Part shown: positions 1 to 10,378 of the stretch, in pieces | How positions within the stretch are numbered: the first letter of the stretch is position 1 | Layout: each line of letters begins with the position of its first letter | Source: Candidatus Thalassarchaeaceae archaeon | Lineage (GTDB): Archaea; Thermoplasmatota; Poseidoniia; Poseidoniales; Thalassarchaeaceae | Assembly (NCBI GenBank): GCA_045568115.1 | Contig: JBJLBO010000004.1 | Coordinates: 66,809 to 130,808 of the forward strand | Length of the DNA: 64,000 nt | Direction: 5' to 3' | The notes under the pieces: model-generated | Seen by the model: the letters and a program-made list of their open reading frames with translations, nothing else | Database searches by the model: none | Told to the model about the DNA's origin: nothing | Translations under genes and position numbers: made by a program

Positions 1-89
1 TATGATAAATCGTGTATTAGGCGATTTACCAGACGACAAGATAAATGAGTTCGTCGAATCGCCCGATTTTACATTATTCCAAACTATGA

Positions 90-905
90 GTGAATTATAC
101 GGTGCGTGAATTTATGGGATTATTAGAGAAAGCAAGCAATATTCAGAATGAAGATGCATCGCCTCCGACTAAGGTTATTGAACAATCTAAACCAGCACCT
201 ACTCCAATTCAAGAAGTTGTAAAGGAACCGGAAGCGAAGGCAAAACCTGCGAAAAAGGTAAAGGCAAAGAAGACACGTGTAAAGAAAGAGAAAAAACCTA
301 GAGTGAAGAAAGTAATGCCTGAGGGCTTCGAGCTCGCAACTACTGGCCAGAAACTTACACGAAAATTAGTTGATTTCATAGTTAGTTACGGCTGGTCTGT
401 CCCTATTATCGCAATTACTGCTTGGGGTTCTTATTTTAATCCAACAATCTTTGTCATTTTGGGCCTTGTTTTGATGGGCTTTAATTTGTTTTTCATGCCA
501 AGCCGAACTTCTCGTACGGTCGGTAATTGGATTAGTCGCACTCGGTATGTCAACACGAGAGGCGAATCGCCATTCTGGTTCTATAGTTCAATCAAAGGCT
601 TAACTTTCGTTTTCATTATTATGGGTACAATTTCATTATTCACCATTATGAGTGAGTTACCTGAGACTACAATGGGCCAAATTTTCATGGCCATAGGGAT
701 ATTACTCTTAATTCCCCCACTTGTGGATTATATCATGTACAGGGTAAGAGGAGACCTTGGTTTGTGGGATTCCTTGTTCGGCGGAGTATGGTTAGTTCGA
801 ACGACAAAGTCCAAGGAAGCCAAGGGTTGGCTAAAACGTCTAGAGTCAATTTCTGATTGGACCGAATCTAAGGGTCTTTTGGATGAGCAAAAAGAAGAAA
901 GTTAA
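90..905 (+). CDS. Hypothetical membrane protein with Lys-rich N-terminal region (KPAKKVKAKKTRVKKEKKPRVKK) followed by ~5 hydrophobic helices
   Basis: 271-aa ORF; charged low-complexity N-terminus then predicted TM segments; no recognised catalytic motif. Confidence 0.35.
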   Translation: MNYTVREFMGLLEKASNIQNEDASPPTKVIEQSKPAPTPIQEVVKEPEAKAKPAKKVKAKKTRVKKEKKPRVKKVMPEGFELATTGQKLTRKLVDFIVSYGWSVPIIAITAWGSYFNPTIFVILGLVLMGFNLFFMPSRTSRTVGNWISRTRYVNTRGESPFWFYSSIKGLTFVFIIMGTISLFTIMSELPETTMGQIFMAIGILLLIPPLVDYIMYRVRGDLGLWDSLFGGVWLVRTTKSKEAKGWLKRLESISDWTESKGLLDEQKEES

Positions 906-1973
906 TCATTCTAAATGTGTAGAATCATCATCTTCTTGCATCTTAGCAAGTTCTCTCATGTCTTCATGAGCAACGCCTTCTTCGATAGCATCTTGATCCG
1001 ACTCATCAACTATCTCAACTCCAAGAAGAGTTTCGATTATGTCCTCCATTGTCACAAGACCAACGGTTCCTCCAAAATCATCCTTGACGATTAGGAGTTG
1101 AACTTTGTTTTCAAGCAAGATATCTAGGGCTTTATCTACAGAATCATCGAATCTGCACCTGAATACTTTTCTTGAGAACTCTAACATTGTCGGAGTGAAA
1201 ACATCATCAGCTGCTTTACGTAGAATTTCGCTTCTCAAGATAAATCCACGAATTGTATCAACATCCCTCTCGTATACAGGCATCCGTCCATATACCATGA
1301 TTGGTATTCTTTTCATGACATCTTCAACTGTTTCTGATGCTTCAACACAAGTCATAACGACCCTTGGAGTCATTATTGATTGAACTTGCAAATCTCGCAA
1401 ACGTAATAGATTCTGGATTACAGCCTCTTCATCTTTCTCAATTATGTCCGATTCTTCTGCAATGTCTGCCAGAACTAACAATTCATCACGTGTTACAGTT
1501 TCTGTTTGAACATCCGGTAACATCCCCCTGATTCGTTCAACAGGCCATACAATGACCCATGAAATAATTATTAGCATTCGAAGCATAAAACCTGAAGAAA
1601 CCGTCATCTTTCTCCAGTAAAGTGTACCAATTGTTTTTGGTAAAATTTCCGACAGTAAAAGAATTCCCATTGTTAGTAATGCTGAAGCAATTGCAACACC
1701 ATATTCTCCGGGGTTGAGATGCTCCACTTGTGTACCTACACCTAAGGCCCCAACAGTATGTGCAATTGTGTTAAGAGTGAGGATTGCTGTTAATGGGCGC
1801 TCCGGGTCATCTTTGTAACCTACCCATAGTTCACTAGTCTTCGGGTGTTTCTCAGCTATACTAATGATATGTCCTCTAGTTGTGGACAAAAGCACAGCTT
1901 CCAAGATGCTACAAAGGAATGAAACACCTAGTGCCAATACAGCATATGCTGCTATTAATGACCATGTACTCAA
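906..1973 (-). CDS. DUF21/CBS-pair/CorC_HlyC transporter-associated protein (CNNM/CorC family, putative Mg/Co efflux)
   Basis: N-terminal 4-TM DUF21 segment, tandem CBS region, acidic C-terminal CorC_HlyC-like tail; 355 aa. Confidence 0.75.
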   Translation of the reverse strand: MSTWSLIAAYAVLALGVSFLCSILEAVLLSTTRGHIISIAEKHPKTSELWVGYKDDPERPLTAILTLNTIAHTVGALGVGTQVEHLNPGEYGVAIASALLTMGILLLSEILPKTIGTLYWRKMTVSSGFMLRMLIIISWVIVWPVERIRGMLPDVQTETVTRDELLVLADIAEESDIIEKDEEAVIQNLLRLRDLQVQSIMTPRVVMTCVEASETVEDVMKRIPIMVYGRMPVYERDVDTIRGFILRSEILRKAADDVFTPTMLEFSRKVFRCRFDDSVDKALDILLENKVQLLIVKDDFGGTVGLVTMEDIIETLLGVEIVDESDQDAIEEGVAHEDMRELAKMQEDDDSTHLE

Positions 1974-2098
1974 AGGAAATTCACCTCTGAATCCTGATTT
2001 AGATTCGGACGATATTGGGCTTCTTGATTCATGACGAGTCTTCGTGCTCCAACATTACTGCGAGCGGCGCATGCATAAATAGGTGGTTGTCTCGCAGA

Positions 2099-2113
2099 TT
2101 CAATATAGAATAT
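2099..2113. promoter_or_regulatory. AT-rich 6-3-6 inverted repeat caatatAGAatattg with an embedded TATA-like atataga motif, in the divergent intergenic region between the CNNM gene and metG
   Basis: Palindrome read directly; ~20 nt upstream of the metG ATG at 2133; promoter/operator role is inference. Confidence 0.25.
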
Positions 2114-2132
2114 TGATTTGGGGGCCAAATGA

Positions 2133-4298
2133 GTGGAATACGTTACTATTTTCATGGCTTGGCCTTACGCCAACGGACCCTTGCACCTTGGTCATGTTGC
2201 TGGGAACTGTCTTCCTGCCGATATACAATATCGATACGAAAGGGCTAGAGGACGTCGCGTACTGATGTGCAGTGGATCTGATGAGCATGGTACTCCGATT
2301 ACCGTGAGCGCGGAAGAACAAGGAGTACCCCCTCAAGTTGTTGTCGATGAATTCCATGAAATTAACTCACGCGCGCTCGCTGGTCTAGGCTGCTCTTGGG
2401 ATAATCACGTTGATTCCCGTGGGGTTGAATTCGGTGGCGCTTTGTATAATCGTACCACAGACCCACGTCACAAAGAATTAGTTCAAGACATTTTCATCCA
2501 ATTGAATGATGCAGGATTATTGCAGAAGAAAATCATGCAGCAATATTGTGAGATTAAGTCAGAGGGAGATGTAAGATTCCTCCCTGACAGATATGTAGTT
2601 GGTGAATGCCCGCAATGTGGCGAGGACGGCGCTCGTGGTGACCAATGTGATGAATGTGGTGCGACATATGAGGCTAGTGAGCTAAATAATCCACGTTCCA
2701 AATCAAATCCCGAGGCGGCAATTGAAGTCCGAGATACTGTGCACTTGTTTTACCGGTTAGATTTGTTCCAGCAGGATTTAGAAGAGCACGCACAAATGCG
2801 ACAACAAACCTGGAAGCCGAATGTCAAGGCAATGACTCAAAATTGGTTGCAAATGGGTTTACGTCCGAGAGCAGTAACTCGTGACATGGAATGGGGTATT
2901 GAGATTCCATTAGAAGATCCAGAGTGGGATAGCAAGAGAGTTTACGTATGGTTCGAGGCTGTTCAGGGTTACTACACATGTGCAAGAATTTGGGCAGAAA
3001 GATTTGCTGGTGAGCATGTTGAGGGTGATGATGCATGGGAGAATTGGTGGGTCGAGAAGGATGGTCAGAGTCTCAAACATCTGTATTTCATGGGTAAAGA
3101 TAACATCCCATTCCACACCATAATTTGGCCTGCGATTTTGATGGGATTAAACAAAGACCGGGATAAATCGAAGCAACTTCATCTTGAAGACAATGTCCCT
3201 GCAAATGAATTTTTAATGTTGAAAGGCGGTCAATTTAGTAAATCCCGAAAACACGGTGTATGGCTTCCTTCTTTTCTAGAAAGATATGATCCAGATTCCT
3301 TGCGATATCATCTGACGATCAATATGCCTGAGGGTCACGACACAGATTTCCGATGGGAAGATTTTGTCGAACGCGTAAATAACGAATTGATTGGGAATTA
3401 TGGAAATTTCGTACATCGGGTCATGACTCTCACTCATCGGTTATCAAATGACGGCGAAAATCCATTGAATGAATTTGATACATTATCAAATCATTCTGAA
3501 GTCATTACAAATTGTAGAAATCTACTTGAATCGGCCATGCAATCGATGGAAAAACAGAGATTCAAAGAGGCTCTTCGTTCGATTATGGGGATTGCCCAAC
3601 AGGGTAATCTTCTCCTTCAGAATTCCGCTCCTTGGAAATACCTGAATGCCGAACCCTCTAAAGAACGTGACAGTTCTCTCTCAAGTCTATCTATGGCTTG
3701 GAGACTATGTCGAACTCTTGCTATTGCTACGAGGCCTTTCATGCCATTCCAATCTGACAAATTATGGCTCATGTTAGGTGAAAAAGAACGTCTCGATTCA
3801 TTGACCTGGGATGAAGCAATCGAATATGAATCTCCATTGGGATGGAATCAGGAAAAACCACAACCTCTATTCAATAAACTAGATTTAGATGAAATTCTGA
3901 CTCACGAACAGTCTCTTGCTTCGGATAGTAACGACAATGAAGCAGAAGCTTCTAGAGGTGATGGGGCGAGTTATATTCAGTTTGAAGATTTTATTAAAGT
4001 TGAGATGAGAACTGGGAAAATCCTCACCGTAGAAGATCACCCCAATGCTGACAAATTGTATGTCATTACTATCGAAGACAATCCCGGTTCAACTAGAACA
4101 GTATGTGCCGGATTGAAAGAAATTTACCAACCCGAGGACTTAGTAGGTCTGAATGTTGTTTTTGTCGCGAATCTTGAGCCTAGAAAATTAAGAGGCATTA
4201 TGTCTGAAGGTATGATTCTTGCAGCCGATGACGGTGATGGAAAAATTTGCGTTTTGACGCCGGAAGGAGAAATTAGACCAGGTTCTGAAGTTCGTTAG
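2133..4298 (+). CDS. metG: Methionyl-tRNA synthetase with C-terminal tRNA-binding (Trbp111/EMAP-like) domain
   Basis: PYANGPLHLGH (HIGH variant), zinc knuckle CPQCGEDGARGDQCDECG, KFSKSRKHG (KMSKS) motif; 721 aa. Confidence 0.9.
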   Translation: MEYVTIFMAWPYANGPLHLGHVAGNCLPADIQYRYERARGRRVLMCSGSDEHGTPITVSAEEQGVPPQVVVDEFHEINSRALAGLGCSWDNHVDSRGVEFGGALYNRTTDPRHKELVQDIFIQLNDAGLLQKKIMQQYCEIKSEGDVRFLPDRYVVGECPQCGEDGARGDQCDECGATYEASELNNPRSKSNPEAAIEVRDTVHLFYRLDLFQQDLEEHAQMRQQTWKPNVKAMTQNWLQMGLRPRAVTRDMEWGIEIPLEDPEWDSKRVYVWFEAVQGYYTCARIWAERFAGEHVEGDDAWENWWVEKDGQSLKHLYFMGKDNIPFHTIIWPAILMGLNKDRDKSKQLHLEDNVPANEFLMLKGGQFSKSRKHGVWLPSFLERYDPDSLRYHLTINMPEGHDTDFRWEDFVERVNNELIGNYGNFVHRVMTLTHRLSNDGENPLNEFDTLSNHSEVITNCRNLLESAMQSMEKQRFKEALRSIMGIAQQGNLLLQNSAPWKYLNAEPSKERDSSLSSLSMAWRLCRTLAIATRPFMPFQSDKLWLMLGEKERLDSLTWDEAIEYESPLGWNQEKPQPLFNKLDLDEILTHEQSLASDSNDNEAEASRGDGASYIQFEDFIKVEMRTGKILTVEDHPNADKLYVITIEDNPGSTRTVCAGLKEIYQPEDLVGLNVVFVANLEPRKLRGIMSEGMILAADDGDGKICVLTPEGEIRPGSEVR

Positions 4299-4870
4299 TC
4301 AGGTTTATCAAAAAATTCCCATTGTATTTCTGCGAGTTCTAAATTATCTTTAGCCTGCGAGTATGCTTCTAAAGGCTCGTAATTTAATCTAAAAAATTCA
4401 TCACTGAATTTGAATGGCCCTAGAATTTCCCTAGCTTGTTCCCATTCTCCTAAAACTATCAGTGAAACAGCGAATGCTTCAGCATTAGATAAACGACCAG
4501 GCTTGCCCCATGATACAGGATTTGCAGCTAGTACTACAGGTAATGTACGCCCCTCTAATCTTGTTTTTCGTGAAAGATAACTTATCGAATCATCAATTTG
4601 TTTCCATGAACAATCTAATCCAACTATTGAGGTGCCCTTTACAATTCTTGATTTATCATCAGGACCTAATAATACGCCAGCAAGAGGATCGAGGAGGAAT
4701 CCTGTCCTTGGTGATTTTCTAATATCTGTGTGCAATTTGATTAATCCGTATCGATGCATTTTTCTTGAAGTGCATTTTTTAGGATCATCTTGGTTGAGAT
4801 GTATGACATGAAGAGGAATTTTTCCCACTTCATTCACTTCTCCGGAGTAGATCATCATAAACATCGCCAA
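4295..4870 (-). CDS. tsr3: Tsr3 (DUF367) 16S/18S rRNA aminocarboxypropyltransferase
   Basis: LHVIHLNQDDPKKCT, LDPLA, DCSW and AANPVSWGKPGRLSNAEA motifs typical of archaeal Tsr3; true start probably an internal Met a few codons downstream. Confidence 0.75.
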   Translation of the reverse strand: MAMFMMIYSGEVNEVGKIPLHVIHLNQDDPKKCTSRKMHRYGLIKLHTDIRKSPRTGFLLDPLAGVLLGPDDKSRIVKGTSIVGLDCSWKQIDDSISYLSRKTRLEGRTLPVVLAANPVSWGKPGRLSNAEAFAVSLIVLGEWEQAREILGPFKFSDEFFRLNYEPLEAYSQAKDNLELAEIQWEFFDKPD

Positions 4871-5321
4871 TCGTCATCGAACGTGAAGTTGAAGTGCCTG
4901 CTTGTCTTGTATTATCAGCTTCGATTTCTATGAATAATTCAATTGAAAGTACCTTCTCAATCTTCTTGATGAGATTATCTGTAGGACGGTTTCCATTTTC
5001 AGTTCTCTGAACAATGTTCAGCCTTTCATTCATTCGTCGAGCAAATTCTCTTTGATCCCACCCCTTATCTTTCCGTGCATTACGTATTCTAATATGGAAG
5101 TCGGGTGCTAACTCTTTGTCGGGCTTAGTCAAAATACTCGAACTCCGCCTGATGTTTGATTTAGCCACTAATGATTTAGTTCGTATTTCAGATGGTTTAG
5201 GGGTTGGTTTTTCCAATCCTAATCTATCAATACAACGACTGCAGGCATCAACTCTAGCTCCCGATGCCTTGGTGCGGAACGTTCCGACCTTGTCTGCACC
5301 ACATAACTCGCATGTTCCCAT
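4830..5321 (-). CDS. mbf1: Multiprotein bridging factor 1 (archaeal MBF1: N-terminal zinc ribbon + C-terminal XRE-type HTH)
   Basis: CELCG...CSRCIDRLG zinc ribbon; C-terminal IRNARKDKGWDQREFARRMNERLNIVQRTENGNRPTDNLIKKIEKVL HTH. Confidence 0.75.
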   Translation of the reverse strand: MGTCELCGADKVGTFRTKASGARVDACSRCIDRLGLEKPTPKPSEIRTKSLVAKSNIRRSSSILTKPDKELAPDFHIRIRNARKDKGWDQREFARRMNERLNIVQRTENGNRPTDNLIKKIEKVLSIELFIEIEADNTRQAGTSTSRSMTIGDVYDDLLRRSE

Positions 5322-5396
5322 TGATTGTCGGATATGGCATCATATCATCATATCTTCGGAGACAAAGTATGAAGTCAAAGTCCCAAATCGAAGAAC

Positions 5397-6632
5397 ATGG
5401 CAGGTGCTTCCGATACCGAGGATCTACCTCACAGCGATAATTTTCATTCACAAAATGTTGATGAAATAGGGTTGGACGAATTACGAGAAAAATTTTCTGA
5501 ACTTTCTGGCTTATCACAACAGCTGATTACTGAAAAATTATTCTTAGAGAATGAATGTACACAACTGAAGAAAAGGGTTTCTCGATTAGATGAAGACATT
5601 AGGAATCTTAAATCCCCCCCTTTGATAATAGGGCATATTCAAGACATTATTGGCAATCATGCAATTGTTAGGAGTTCAAACGGAACTGTATTCCAAGTAT
5701 CTGTTAATTCACGCTTAAATAGCGATTTATTGAAGCCAGGCGCTAGAGTTTCACTTAACCAAGATAATCTCTCAATTATTGATGTTCTTAGTGACTCTTG
5801 GGATCCTCTTGTATCTACTAGCGAAGTTATCAATAAACCTACAATAACTTACGACGATGTTGGTGGCATGAGTGAACAAATCAAAAAATTGAAGCAATCA
5901 ATCGAATTGCCATTAACTAATCCTTTAGCTTTCAAGGACATGGGTCTAGAACCACCAAAGGGATTACTACTTTCAGGTCCACCAGGAACTGGGAAAACAA
6001 TGCTTGCTAAAGCTGTTGCAAATGCTACAGATGCAACATTTTTGGGTATAGTTGGTTCTGAACTAGCGCAGAAATACATTGGCGAGGGCGGGAGGCTTGT
6101 ACGAGAATTATTTGATTTAGCAAGAGAAAAAGCGCCATCAATAATTTTTATTGATGAAATTGATGCTATTGGCTCTAAAAGAATGGATACATCTACTTCT
6201 GGCGATAGGGAAGTTCAACGTACTTTGATGCAATTATTAGCTGAATTAGATGGATTTGAATCACTTGAAAACGTCAAAGTTATTGCTGCAACAAATAGAC
6301 CGGAATTACTAGATAAAGCACTATTACGACCTGGTAGATTTGACCGAATTATCGATGTCGGTTTACCCGATCTTAATGGAAGAAAACATATTCTTGAAAT
6401 CATGACAAAAGATGTTAATGTATCGCCATCCGTAAATTTAGATAATCTAGCCAAGAAATCAGAAGGATTTAGCGGTGCTGAAATAAAGGCTCTGATTTTA
6501 GAATCGGGAATGCTTGCTATCGATGATAAATCCAAACAAATCACAAATTCGCACTTCGAATCAGGACTCAAGAAGATTCACGAAAATCGCTCAGATCCCA
6601 TATTTGGCGATCCTTCTGGGCTGTATGGTTAA
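5397..6632 (+). CDS. pan: Proteasome-activating nucleotidase (AAA+ ATPase PAN)
   Basis: N-terminal coiled coil, OB region, Walker A GPPGTGKT, Walker B IIFIDEIDA, second region of homology; 411 aa. Confidence 0.9.
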   Translation: MAGASDTEDLPHSDNFHSQNVDEIGLDELREKFSELSGLSQQLITEKLFLENECTQLKKRVSRLDEDIRNLKSPPLIIGHIQDIIGNHAIVRSSNGTVFQVSVNSRLNSDLLKPGARVSLNQDNLSIIDVLSDSWDPLVSTSEVINKPTITYDDVGGMSEQIKKLKQSIELPLTNPLAFKDMGLEPPKGLLLSGPPGTGKTMLAKAVANATDATFLGIVGSELAQKYIGEGGRLVRELFDLAREKAPSIIFIDEIDAIGSKRMDTSTSGDREVQRTLMQLLAELDGFESLENVKVIAATNRPELLDKALLRPGRFDRIIDVGLPDLNGRKHILEIMTKDVNVSPSVNLDNLAKKSEGFSGAEIKALILESGMLAIDDKSKQITNSHFESGLKKIHENRSDPIFGDPSGLYG

Positions 6633-6670
6633 GCATAAGACTCATCACCCACCAATATCTCGTTGCGTCA

Positions 6671-7708
6671 ATGACTTCTCGTTGGATTGAATGCGTCCCG
6701 AACATCAGTGAGGGCAGAGATCAATCAATCATAGACAAAATCGTCAGTTATGTATCTACAAGCTCGAACGTCGCAATACTTGGCTGCGAGCCTGATCCCG
6801 ATTACAATCGTACTGTAATCACTATTGCGGGAGAATACAAGGATGTAGCAGAAGCAGCAATAAAATTAATTGAAAAATCTGCCGATTTAATTGATATGAG
6901 GAAGCATGAGGGAAATCACCCTCGCATTGGTGCCGTCGATGTTTGCCCCTTTGTTCCGATTAGTCCTGACACGGATGATGATTGTATTAAAGCATCAAAA
7001 ATGGTCATTGAACATTTTTCTAATACAATACCAATTTTTCTCTATGGTTCAATTGCTTCCCACCCATCTAGGATTGCCCTTTCCGCATTACGTAAAGGGC
7101 AGTATGAGGGATTGAAAAGTCGCTTCATGAATGGCGAATGGGAATTAGAAAATACAAGAATGCCCGATTATTGGTCAGGTTCTTGGAGTGAGGTTGAAGC
7201 AAGGTTTGGTGCAGTAGCTATTGGAGTGAGGCCCGTTTTGGTTGCCTACAATGTGAATGTCGATGAAGAAGCACCGATTGCATCTAAGGCTGCAGGGTCG
7301 ATAATTAGAACAAGTGGACGATTATTAAAGAATGGTTTTGGTGGAAAAATACGCATTAATGGTATGCTTAATGACGTTCAAGGCATGGGTGTCCCTTTAC
7401 CTGCTCATGGTATTTGCCAGGTTTCTATGAATCTACAGAATTATGAAGAATCGCCTATGCATATTGCCTATGAATTAATCAAATCAATTTGTAAAGATCA
7501 TGACGTATCTGTGAAGGGGAGTGAATTAGTCGGCTTAGTTCCTCTCGCTGCGATTTTAGAAGCCGGAAGATGGTATAGTGAAGGAGATTTATCTGATGAA
7601 AAACTCATTAAATCTGCTGTTTCAGGATTGGGGTTAGATAGTCTAGAAGAGTTCGTACCCGAAGAAAGAATTATTGAATGGGCCATTACAAATAAGTTAG
7701 GTGATTGA
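6671..7708 (+). CDS. ftcD: Glutamate formimidoyltransferase (FtcD N-terminal transferase domain as a stand-alone gene)
   Basis: MTSRWIECVPNISEGRD start and HPRIGAVDVCPFVPIS motif characteristic of formiminotransferase; 345 aa. Confidence 0.8.
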   Translation: MTSRWIECVPNISEGRDQSIIDKIVSYVSTSSNVAILGCEPDPDYNRTVITIAGEYKDVAEAAIKLIEKSADLIDMRKHEGNHPRIGAVDVCPFVPISPDTDDDCIKASKMVIEHFSNTIPIFLYGSIASHPSRIALSALRKGQYEGLKSRFMNGEWELENTRMPDYWSGSWSEVEARFGAVAIGVRPVLVAYNVNVDEEAPIASKAAGSIIRTSGRLLKNGFGGKIRINGMLNDVQGMGVPLPAHGICQVSMNLQNYEESPMHIAYELIKSICKDHDVSVKGSELVGLVPLAAILEAGRWYSEGDLSDEKLIKSAVSGLGLDSLEEFVPEERIIEWAITNKLGD

Positions 7709-8320
7709 ATGAATAATGGATATAGAGAGGTCTTAGAGGAAATCTCTTCTGAGAATGCAACCCCTGGTGGAGGAGCTGTTTCTGCAATGGCTATTGCTCA
7801 CGGCATCGCCCTTGCTCGAATGGTTGCAAAATTGACTATAGGTAGAGAAAAATGGCAACAAGGTCATGACTCTGCATCAAGATTCCTCGTTAATTCCGAC
7901 GAATGGATTGATACTTCAATAAGACTGTCTGAAGAGGATTGTATAGCCTTTGAATCGGTAATGCAAGCATATCGTATGCCTAAAGGTAGTGAGCCGGAAA
8001 AAGAAATTCGGAGTCTCGCAATTAAACAAGCAAATTATGATGCAACAAAATCTCCATTAGAAATAATGGAATTTGGGTTAATTGCTCTTAAATCAATACA
8101 GGAAATGTCCCAAACTTGCAATTCTAATGCTATTACTGATTTAGGCTCTGCAGTTCACATAATCTGTTCAGCATTAGAATGTGCATCACTGAATGTTTAT
8201 GTCAATTTAGTGTCTGAGCCTGAATATTCTAGTGAATTTAACGTCAGAGTTGAAGAAATTATTTTTTTGTCCCAACAGATTAAGTCTGAAGTCTCAAAGA
8301 TAGTAATGGAACGGATGTGA
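7709..8320 (+). CDS. Formiminotetrahydrofolate cyclodeaminase (FtcD C-terminal domain as a separate gene)
   Basis: NATPGGGAVSAMAIAHGIALARMV signature; start abuts the transferase stop (ATG at 7709). Confidence 0.8.
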   Translation: MNNGYREVLEEISSENATPGGGAVSAMAIAHGIALARMVAKLTIGREKWQQGHDSASRFLVNSDEWIDTSIRLSEEDCIAFESVMQAYRMPKGSEPEKEIRSLAIKQANYDATKSPLEIMEFGLIALKSIQEMSQTCNSNAITDLGSAVHIICSALECASLNVYVNLVSEPEYSSEFNVRVEEIIFLSQQIKSEVSKIVMERM

Positions 8321-8324
8321 TTTT

Positions 8325-10338
8325 TTGAGCATTTTATCATTCAATGAGCAGATCCGAATTGGTATTCCCAATAAACTACCTGAAATGCCTGAGTTTGAAG
8401 ATTCTATAGCCAGAGCTCCATTTCGCCCCGAGGTCCTTTCTTCGAATGAGAAATTACTTGCTATTGAAAATGCATTACGATATTTTCCCAAAAAATGGCA
8501 TACCAAATTATCCAAGGAATTCTATGCAGAATTAGTAAATGAAGGGCATATCACAATGCATAGATTCCGTCCTAAATACTCCATGTATGCCCGCCCAATT
8601 AATGATTATCCTAGTGAATGTGTTGCTGCTGCTGGAGTGATGTTGATGATCCAGAATAACCTTGATCCACGTGTAGCTCAATACCCATATGATTTGATCA
8701 CTTATGGCGGTAATGGAGCTGTATTCCAAAATTGGGCTCAATACCTACTTACAATGTCTTATCTATCTAAAATGAGTGAAAAACAAACATTAGTTATGTA
8801 TTCAGGACATCCTCTTGGTTTATTTCCATCAACTCTTGAAGCACCCCGTGTTGTTATCACAAACGGTATGGTAATTCCAAATTATTCTACACAAAATGAC
8901 TATGAAGTTTTCAATGCACTCGGTGTATCTCAATATGGACAAATGACCGCTGGGTCATACATGTATATCGGACCCCAGGGGATAGTTCACGGTACAACAA
9001 TCACAATTCTAAATGCGGCCCGTAAATATCTAGGGAAAAATGATGATGGGCTCGGAGGTGTATTATTTGTTACTTCTGGGTTGGGAGGGATGTCTGGTGC
9101 TCAAGCAAAGGCGGCAGTAATTTCCGGAGCTGTATGTGTAATTGCTGAAACAAATAAAATTGCTGTTGAGAAGCGCTTAGAACAAGGATGGTTAAGTGAA
9201 TATCATTATGATGTAAATAATGTAATTGAAAGCGCCAAACGAGCGATTTCAACAAAAAAAGCGATTTCTATAGGCTATATAGGCAATATCGTGGACTTAC
9301 TTGTTGCACTTGATGAATACGAACTAACACCCGAATTAGGCAGTGATCAAACTAGTTTACACAATCCATGGCTAGGAGGTTATATTCCAACAAATTACAG
9401 CCATGCAGAGGCTTTACAATTGCTAAAAGACAACCCTAGTAAATTCAAATCGGAGGTTGAACGTACATTAAGAGAACATTCTTCTGTAGTAAATCGTTTG
9501 TCAGAAAAAGGAATGCATTTCTGGGATTATGGTAATGCGTTTCTCTTAGAAGCAAGAAAGGCTGGAGGGGATGTCATTAACCCTAATGAACCGGGTAAAT
9601 TTCGCTATCCTTCCTATGTTGAAGACATTATGGGGCCTATTTGCTTCGATTTCGGATTTGGTCCCTTCCGATGGGTTTGTACATCTTGTGATGAAAACGA
9701 TCTGAAGAAAACAGATGAAATTGCAATAGAGATACTGCAACTTCAAGCAGAAAATGCAAATTCCGATATTAAACAACAAATTTTAGATAATATTCGTTGG
9801 ATAAAAGATGCTGATAAACATCAACTAGTTGTAGGTAGTAAAGCACGTATACTATATGCAGACGAAAAAGGTAGAAAGGATATTGCCAGTGCTTTTAATA
9901 CAGCAATTAAAAATGGCTACAATCACCGCTCCAATAGTATTAGGTCGAGATCATCATGATGTATCAGGTACTGATAGTCCCTTCCGTGAGACAGCAAACA
10001 TTCACGACGGTTCTATGTTTACTGCAGATATGTCAGTACACAATTTCGTAGGTGATGCGTTCAGAGGTGCTACTTGGGTTAGTTTACACAATGGCGGCGG
10101 CGTGGGTTGGGGGGAAGTCAGTAATGGTGGATTCGGGATGTTAATCGATGGAAGTGCCCGTAGTCAGAATAACATCGATTCTATGTTATCATGGGATGTA
10201 AATAATGGAATTGCTAGACGAGCTTGGGCACGAAATCCTGGTTCTATTAGTACAATTATTAGGGCGATGGACTCTGATTCTAATTTGCTAGTTACAATAC
10301 CTAACTTGGTAGATAGTGAGATTTTACAAAATTTATGA
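8325..10338 (+). CDS. hutU: Urocanate hydratase (HutU), interrupted: N-terminal ~530 aa in frame 0 (8325..9959) and C-terminal ~140 aa in frame +1 (from ~9910..10338)
   Basis: TYGGNGAVFQNWAQY NAD-binding region in ORF1; ORF2 carries the urocanase C-terminus PIVLGRDHHDVSGTDSPFRETANIHDGS...WVSLHNGGGVGWG; junction at the A5 run near 9905-9920. Confidence 0.8.
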
Positions 10339-10378
10339 CAATACTATCATTCAATAATAAATAAGGTGGGCGGAGGGT

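Noticed and set aside
1-48. Partial 15-codon C-terminal fragment of an upstream gene at the window edge
   Set aside because: Too short to assign any function.
1105-1383. Antisense/overlapping ORFs within well-supported genes. Examples: 1105..1383, 2483..2701, 10633..10983, 14885..15400, 35188..35415, 54832..55395.
   Set aside because: They lie entirely within longer ORFs on the opposite strand that have strong family signatures. Composition is Ser/Leu/Cys-rich, typical of antisense frames.
5337-5352. Tandem CATCATAT x2 upstream of pan as a regulatory repeat
   Set aside because: Only two short copies in an AT-rich spacer, indistinguishable from chance.
8325-10338. Programmed ribosomal frameshifting as the explanation for the hutU split
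   Set aside because: Three other unrelated genes in the same window show the identical 1-nt-insertion pattern and no slippery heptamer/pseudoknot context was seen. Assembly error or pseudogenisation is more parsimonious.
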